NCBI GenBank assembly: GCA_038063715.1
Contig: JBBTUO010000007.1
Location: forward strand, 1,540-65,539
DNA from: Patescibacteria group bacterium
Lineage (GTDB): Bacteria > Patescibacteriota > Minisyncoccia > Phycocordibacterales > SIBU01
DNA: 64,000 nucleotides
Direction: 5' to 3'
Shown here: one piece after another, positions 57,996 to 64,000 of the stretch
How the letters are laid out: each line of letters starts with the position of its first letter
Position numbering within the stretch: the stretch's first letter is position 1
The notes under the pieces: model-generated
Told to the model about the DNA's origin: nothing
What the model saw: the letters and a program-made list of their open reading frames with translations, nothing else
Database searches by the model: none
Made by a program: the position numbers and the translations under genes

Positions 57996-58093
57996 TATCA
58001 ATGCTAATATACTAATGATACGAATGGGGAAGTTGCATTTGATTGGTATAATTAGTATGAATTCGTATATTGGTATCGCTACATAAAATAATC

Positions 58094-59914
58094 ATGAGCT
58101 TTTTAAGCAATTTATTCGGTAAAAAGGAAAAGACTCCTGATATAGCATCAATTCTTCCGCAGGAAATCTACGAGGCTGGTGTTTTGGAATTGAAAGATGT
58201 TATTGCTCCTTCGGCACTACAAATTAGTCCGAGATCCATCAACTTGGGGGATAAAATTGTCCGTACTTTTTTTGTCATTTCCTATCCTCGTTTTCTTTCG
58301 GCAGGTTGGTTTTCGCCGATTATCAATCTGGACAAGGTGTTCGACATCTCGATTTTCGTGCACCCGATTGATACAGTCACAGTGCTTCGTCAATTCCAGA
58401 AAAAAGTGGCCGAGGTGCAAAGCCAAATCGGCCAACGCCAGAAAAAGGGTCTGGTCCGAGATCCTATGCTCGACACCGCATACCAAGACCTTGAGCGTCT
58501 TCGTGACAACCTGATGCAGGCTCAAGAAAAGCTTTTTGATGTTGGTTTATATATTTCAATTTATGCAGACAACCAGGAAGAGCTCGACAAAATCGAGTCT
58601 GAAATAAAATCGCTTTTGGAATCAAAATTAATTTATCTAAAACCGGCCTTATTCCAGCAAGAACAAGGGTTCAAAAGTGTCATGCCGACCGCAACTGATC
58701 AGCTTTTGATCCACTCAAAACTCAACTCCGCGCCGCTTTCGTCCCTTTTCCCATTTACTTCTTTCGACCTCACATCAGATAAAGGTATTTTGTATGGGAT
58801 CAACAGACACAACTCGTCCTTGGTACTTTTCGACAGATTTAGTCTAGAAAACTACAACTCCATCACATTTGCTAAGTCTGGTTCAGGAAAAAGTTACAAT
58901 ACCAAACTCGAAATATTACGAACACTGATGTTCGATACTGAGGTTATCGTTATTGATCCTGAGAGGGAATATGAATACATGGCCGAGGCGACTGGCGGAA
59001 AATATTTTACCATTTCTCTCAACTCAAGCCACCACATCAACCCTTTTGATTTGCCGATGCCAACCGAAACTGAATCTTCGGCAGATGTCTTGCGATCAAA
59101 CATCATCAACCTGGTCGGACTGTTTAGAATTATGCTCGGAGGCCTTAACCCCGAAGAAGACGCCTTGATTGACCGTGCAATTAGTGAAACCTACGCACTA
59201 AAAGACATCACTCCTGATTCGGACTTTAGAAATGTGGAACCACCACTTCTTTCAGATTTTGAATTGGTGCTCGCCGGCATGGAAGGGGCAGATTCCCTTG
59301 TTCAGCGTTTGAGTAAATACACTCGAGGCACATGGGCTGGATTTATCAACAAACCTTCAAATATCGACATCGACAGTAAATTCATCGTATTTTCACTCCG
59401 TGACATGGAGGACGAGCTTAAGCCTGTCGCCATGTATATCGTAACTCACTATATCTGGAACGCGATCAGGAAAAATTTGAAAAAACGCCTTTTGGTCATT
59501 GATGAGGCGTGGTGGATGATGAAATCAGAAGACACAGCATCCTTCTTGCTCGGACTTGCAAAAAGAGGGCGAAAATATTTCTTGGGACTTTCTACAATTA
59601 CTCAGGACGTCGACGACTTCCTAAAATCTCCCTACGGTCTACCGATAATCACCAACTCATCTATCCAAATGCTCCTAAAGCAGTCGCCATCCTCGATTGA
59701 TCGGGTGCAAAAAGTGTTTAATCTTACCGACGAAGAAAAATATCTACTGCTTGAATGTGACGTGGGCGAAGGAATATTCTTTGTCGGACTAAAACACGTA
59801 GCCCTAAAGGTTATCGCTTCGTACACAGAGGACCAAATTATTACATCTGATCCATCTCAACTCTTAGCCATTAAACAGGCCAAGAAAGAACTGGAAGCGG
59901 CTCAGGGCGCATAA
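58094..59914 (+). CDS. virB4: VirB4-like T4SS ATPase
   Basis: Walker A AKSGSGKS, IDPERE, INPFD, Walker B LLVIDEAW, RGRKY, ITQD, GEG. Confidence 0.9.
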   Translation: MSFLSNLFGKKEKTPDIASILPQEIYEAGVLELKDVIAPSALQISPRSINLGDKIVRTFFVISYPRFLSAGWFSPIINLDKVFDISIFVHPIDTVTVLRQFQKKVAEVQSQIGQRQKKGLVRDPMLDTAYQDLERLRDNLMQAQEKLFDVGLYISIYADNQEELDKIESEIKSLLESKLIYLKPALFQQEQGFKSVMPTATDQLLIHSKLNSAPLSSLFPFTSFDLTSDKGILYGINRHNSSLVLFDRFSLENYNSITFAKSGSGKSYNTKLEILRTLMFDTEVIVIDPEREYEYMAEATGGKYFTISLNSSHHINPFDLPMPTETESSADVLRSNIINLVGLFRIMLGGLNPEEDALIDRAISETYALKDITPDSDFRNVEPPLLSDFELVLAGMEGADSLVQRLSKYTRGTWAGFINKPSNIDIDSKFIVFSLRDMEDELKPVAMYIVTHYIWNAIRKNLKKRLLVIDEAWWMMKSEDTASFLLGLAKRGRKYFLGLSTITQDVDDFLKSPYGLPIITNSSIQMLLKQSPSSIDRVQKVFNLTDEEKYLLLECDVGEGIFFVGLKHVALKVIASYTEDQIITSDPSQLLAIKQAKKELEAAQGA

Positions 59915-60003
59915 CACACAACATGGAGCATGTAACACAGGAAACCGAATTTTTGCTTTCTTTAGTGGTACGTGTTGTGTGCTCCATGTTCCATGTCTAA
60001 CCT

Positions 60004-60996
60004 ATGGCGGAAGAAAAAGAAAAAAAAGTTGGCGGAGAAAATATCAGCAACACCGAGTGGGGGATGGTAATTTTTGTTCTCCTCATCATCGATGGGATAC
60101 AAATCGGTCTTAATTTTGCTTTTTTGTCGGGGGTGATTATAAACCGCTTCCTTGATATGGGTATAGGTCTCGCGTGGAGCACCTATTTAAAATTACGTGG
60201 AGTAAAACTAGATGCAAAAAAAATCGTGAGTATAGGAGCGACCTTCGGACTTGAGATGTTACCCGGAATAGATATGCTCCCGCTGTGGACCCTAGACGGA
60301 ATCTTAATATTTGCTTTAGTAAAAGCGGAAAAGGAGCTCAAAAAGGTGGCAAAGGTGGCTATAGCTGTGGCGGCAGTGGCACTTGCACCTGAGACCGGTG
60401 GAGCTTCGGTTGCAGCTGCTGGAGCCGCCGAAGGCGCTGTTGCAGCCGGAGCTGAAGGAGCTGCTGCTGGAGCAGAGGGCGTTGCGGCAGAAGGGGCTGG
60501 TGGTGAGGTGGGTGGAGAAGGCGGCCCGTCTGACGAGTATGCCGACTCTATGGGTCAAGAAAGTGCTGACCCAGAAGCCGGTGACGGTTCTGAAAACCTA
60601 GGAGAAGAAGGGGGGCAGGGTGATGAGAATAATGACATATCGGATGAAGAGGCGGACGATCTTGGAGAAGATTCTGATAATACATTAGAGGAAAGGGAAA
60701 ACGAAACTCCCGCGGACAAAGCAAAAAGGGAAGAAGGGGAAGGAAAAAATAAAAGGCGTAATAGGCAGAAAAAATCACAGCAAGGGCAAGGAGGATCATT
60801 GTTCGGTGGTGGACAAAGAGAAGGAGAGGGTGGGGGTACAGGGGCTGACCCTCTAAATTTGCGCGACAATTCCGGTAGAAATGCAAACAATAGGGATAAC
60901 CTAAAAACCAGAAGTAACCTATTAGACCTCTCTCTGTCCTACGGCGCCAGAAAGAAACAAAAGGACGACGCGGACGAACAAAGCTTTTCAGCGTAG
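60004..60996 (+). CDS. Membrane protein with Ala/Gly/Glu-rich acidic disordered tail
   Basis: EMLPGIDMLPLWT motif; ALAPETGGAS; AEG repeats. Confidence 0.7.
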   Translation: MAEEKEKKVGGENISNTEWGMVIFVLLIIDGIQIGLNFAFLSGVIINRFLDMGIGLAWSTYLKLRGVKLDAKKIVSIGATFGLEMLPGIDMLPLWTLDGILIFALVKAEKELKKVAKVAIAVAAVALAPETGGASVAAAGAAEGAVAAGAEGAAAGAEGVAAEGAGGEVGGEGGPSDEYADSMGQESADPEAGDGSENLGEEGGQGDENNDISDEEADDLGEDSDNTLEERENETPADKAKREEGEGKNKRRNRQKKSQQGQGGSLFGGGQREGEGGGTGADPLNLRDNSGRNANNRDNLKTRSNLLDLSLSYGARKKQKDDADEQSFSA

Positions 60997-61118
60997 TTAC
61001 ACTAGTAGCGATGCCGATATACGAATGAATGCTAATTATACAAATGGAGAAGGGCGGGATTCGTATCATTAGAACAATTAGTATATTAGTATCGATACTT
61101 TGTGGTAAAATAATAACC

Positions 61119-62153
61119 ATGAATAGCCTCGTTACAACACTCCTAATGTCGCTGGTTTTTACACCACTAATCACAAGTGCTCAAAACTTCCAAAACCTTG
61201 GCGGGGGACAGACCAGCAGCAACATCACTGCCCAAGTCACACCAGAAAAACCGCTACCAAACCAATTTGTAACCGTCACTGTCGAAAATTACTCGACTGA
61301 CATAAATCGAGCAAACATATCTTGGTTCCTCAACGGCAAAATGGAAAAAGAAGGTGTTGGCGAAAAAAGCTTTCTTTTTAAGACTGGTGCGCCAGGTAGC
61401 GTATCGAACATTTTGATTGTAATCAAAACAACGGAAGGTGAGACCTTGCAACACGTGCTCAACATCAGACCAGGAGCGCTCGACCTTGTGTGGGAAGCGC
61501 AATCCTATACACCACCGTTCTACAAAGGGAAGGCTCTATATCCATATCAAGGCACAGTGAAAGTAGTAGCGCTACCAAACATAGTGAACGAAAACGGGGA
61601 GATTATAAATAGTAAAAATCTTGTATATACATGGAGTGTGAACGGTGGTACGGTAGCAAGCGTATCAGGATATGGAAAAAATTTTATATACTACAACGGT
61701 ACAATACCTATCAACTCCACCGCAATATCCGTAGAGGCGTCGTCTTTAGACAAAAAGTACAGCGCGGGTGGATCTATATCACTCGAACCACAAGCCCCCC
61801 TTGCCCTTTTCTACGAGGACAGTCCAATTTATGGTTTGTTGTATAATAAAGTCTTGGGAACAAGCGAGACCCTAAAAAATGAGGAGATTAAAATCGTGGC
61901 TATCCCATATTTTGTCGGGGTAAAAGAAAGAGAGGGGAGCGGATTACTCTACGAGTGGCGATTGAATAGTAATTTGGTAAATTCCGTTAAAGGTCTCAGC
62001 AGTTTAACCTTTAAACAAGAAAATGATGCCAAGGGCACCGCTTCGGTTTCACTCCAAGTTTCCAACCCCGCAAGAATGTTCCAGTTTGCAAACAATGATC
62101 TCTCGATTACATTTGGACAAATTTCAGGTATAAACCTCTTTCCAACACAATAA
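61119..62153 (+). CDS. Secreted Ig-fold-like protein in T4SS locus
   Basis: Signal peptide; LVWEA.SYTPPFYKGKAL; YTWSVNG, YEWRLN. Confidence 0.75.
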   Translation: MNSLVTTLLMSLVFTPLITSAQNFQNLGGGQTSSNITAQVTPEKPLPNQFVTVTVENYSTDINRANISWFLNGKMEKEGVGEKSFLFKTGAPGSVSNILIVIKTTEGETLQHVLNIRPGALDLVWEAQSYTPPFYKGKALYPYQGTVKVVALPNIVNENGEIINSKNLVYTWSVNGGTVASVSGYGKNFIYYNGTIPINSTAISVEASSLDKKYSAGGSISLEPQAPLALFYEDSPIYGLLYNKVLGTSETLKNEEIKIVAIPYFVGVKEREGSGLLYEWRLNSNLVNSVKGLSSLTFKQENDAKGTASVSLQVSNPARMFQFANNDLSITFGQISGINLFPTQ

Positions 62154-63061
62154 TGTTAAAAAAAAATAAAATCTATCTTAGTATTTTCACCCTAACTTCT
62201 TTTTTCGTATTGCTTTTAGTAACCTTGTCATTCCCAGTTCTTTCGGTCAATGCCCAGGGATATATACCCCTAGCGCCGATTCCGGGAACAACAAACGCTG
62301 GAGACACAGGTACACAGGTTTTAGCCACCTACCTCACCGGAATATTTAAAATAGGAATCGCGGTTGCCGGCGCTCTAGCCTTTCTTATGATTGTCCTAGG
62401 TGGATTCCAATACCTCTCTACCGATGCCCTGACAGGCAAAGAGGAGGGGAAAGAGAGAGTAACTCATGCTGTGGGTGGATTAATCTTAGCTCTAGTCTCT
62501 TTTATTATTTTAAACACAATTAATCCAAAGTTGGTGGCGCTAAATCTTGATTTTGGACCTGGTGCCAACCCAGCAACAGGTCTTTCCACACCAGCAAATC
62601 TTGTTTCCCCCAATACAGACCCCACGGAACTTGAAGCTTTGAGGGCCCAAGCTAGAGGAGTCATTTCAGCAAATGTAAACGGTCGTATTCAGGCCTTAGC
62701 GGACAAGGAAAGAACCGGCACCTTAACCCCCGAAGAGGAACAAGAAAAGGTGGAGCTTGAGATAATAAGAGAGGGCACCGTGACAATGAATAGAATTAAT
62801 ATAGAACAAACCAACATACTCACGGCATTAAATAGAAATGGTCTGCCTTCAACTAGAGCTAGAGAGGCTAGAGAGGCTGTAGAAATATTGAGAGGCGAGG
62901 TTAACAATCGTATAGCAGCAATGGCGGCAGATGGTGCGACCGTAGCACAAATGGCCACTGTCCGGCGGTACTTTGATCGAGCTGTACAGTTAATAGAAAG
63001 ATGTATCGGATTTAGACAGAATGGCCCAGATAGTCCAAATTTCAACTCAAGCTGCAGATAA
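62153..63061 (+). CDS. VirB2/TrbC-like pilin domain protein with C-terminal extension
   Basis: YIPLAPIPG; IAVAGALAFLMIVLGGFQYL...GKERV..AVGGLILAL.SFIILNTINP. Confidence 0.78.
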   Translation: MLKKNKIYLSIFTLTSFFVLLLVTLSFPVLSVNAQGYIPLAPIPGTTNAGDTGTQVLATYLTGIFKIGIAVAGALAFLMIVLGGFQYLSTDALTGKEEGKERVTHAVGGLILALVSFIILNTINPKLVALNLDFGPGANPATGLSTPANLVSPNTDPTELEALRAQARGVISANVNGRIQALADKERTGTLTPEEEQEKVELEIIREGTVTMNRINIEQTNILTALNRNGLPSTRAREAREAVEILRGEVNNRIAAMAADGATVAQMATVRRYFDRAVQLIERCIGFRQNGPDSPNFNSSCR

Positions 63062-63064
63062 TAT

Positions 63065-64000
63065 ATGTCCCAAAAAACCGCCACAATCATCATAATCATT
63101 TTTGTCCTAATGCTTGCCCTAGGGTTTTTGGCATTTTATTTTTATACAAATCAAGGACAAGGGGTCGGTATTGGAACCACGGATCCTCGTGGAAACATTT
63201 TTCCTGGAGGAGGAACGGGTGGTGGGGGCACAGAAGTTCCAGGTGGCAACACAACACCGGAAGGAGGAACGGGTGGTGGACAGGGGGGTACACCGCAAAT
63301 AGTTCCTGTACTAAAAGAGCTTTCGACTCGCCCGAGTGCTGGAGCAGTATCTATTGCCACATCAACATCCGTACTAGTACGCTTTATAGAAAGGGGGAGT
63401 GGTAATGTATACGAGGTAAGTCCGCAGGACAATTCAGAAAAGCGCCTCTCAAACACCACTATTCCAAAAATTGAGGAGGCTTTATGGGACAAAACCGGTA
63501 CACAGGTGATCGCTCGTTACACAGGAGATACTGGCGATTTAATAAAAACATATAGCGCCACACTCACAGAAAACTCAGCGACAGAAATCGAAGGTAAACT
63601 CCAAGGCTCTTTTATGACCGACAACATTGATGTTGTTGCAAAAAGTCCAGATCAAACAAAAATATTTTACTTACTACAAAATTCTGCCGGTACCACGGGA
63701 ATTGTTTCTGATTTCAATGGAGGCAAAAAAACTCAGGTATTTGACTCTCCCTTGCAGGAATGGCTTGTAGAATGGCCTACCGCAACACAGGTAGCCCTTA
63801 ACACAAAACCTTCGGCGGGGGCACCCGGATTTCTATTTCTACTAAATACCGCGACTGGGGCGCTCACCAGAGCAATTTCCTCAATCAACGGTCTTACAAC
63901 TCTCGTTAATCCTAGGGGAACCATGGCTTTGTACTCAGAAAGTATTTTTCCCAACCTGTCCTTCAAAATATATTCTTTCACCGACGGATCCACAAAAGAA
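63065..64000 (+). CDS. Membrane-anchored protein, possible beta-propeller (3'-truncated; absent from the ORF track)
   Basis: MSQKTATIIIIIFVLMLALGFLAFYFY... followed by a Gly-rich linker; frame appears open to the window end. Confidence 0.75.
   Translation, partial: MSQKTATIIIIIFVLMLALGFLAFYFYTNQGQGVGIGTTDPRGNIFPGGGTGGGGTEVPGGNTTPEGGTGGGQGGTPQIVPVLKELSTRPSAGAVSIATSTSVLVRFIERGSGNVYEVSPQDNSEKRLSNTTIPKIEEALWDKTGTQVIARYTGDTGDLIKTYSATLTENSATEIEGKLQGSFMTDNIDVVAKSPDQTKIFYLLQNSAGTTGIVSDFNGGKKTQVFDSPLQEWLVEWPTATQVALNTKPSAGAPGFLFLLNTATGALTRAISSINGLTTLVNPRGTMALYSESIFPNLSFKIYSFTDGSTKE

Noticed and set aside
1-64000. Alternative genetic code (TGA = Gly, as in Gracilibacteria/Absconditabacteria)
   Set aside because: Long core genes translate fully in code 11 with no in-frame TGA interruptions.

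Overview
This 64-kb window is bacterial chromosome (about 40-45% GC by eye, standard code 11). Its gene content strongly suggests Patescibacteria/CPR (Parcubacteria-like). Core genes include nusA, hppA, tig, rsmE, clpP, rny, HU, purD, cca, xth, a XerC-like recombinase, rpsO, pnp, comM, pcrA and rsmA. There are four tRNA genes, none encoding CCA, and a CPR-type T4SS-like locus from about 48 kb to the end. Many single-gene accessory modules are interspersed. The most striking non-coding structures are: (1) two paralogous wHTH + Cas2-like (PaaX-type) genes, each bracketed by a 36-bp TAC...GTA palindrome with a paralog-specific core, plus orphan copies of each type; (2) two HTH-LAGLIDADG-like genes ending 3-4 nt before two different tRNA-Gly genes; (3) tRNA trailers carrying inverted and direct copies of the tRNA 3' end; (4) a second palindrome family, ACTTTAGTTAACTAAAGT, bracketing accessory genes; (5) a REP-like hairpin family between convergent genes; (6) many 7/8-bp-period inverted repeat elements, some inside coding sequences; (7) a parS-like cluster at 21.4-24.2 kb. 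No CRISPR array or rRNA was seen. All protein calls come from motif recognition by eye, not database searches.
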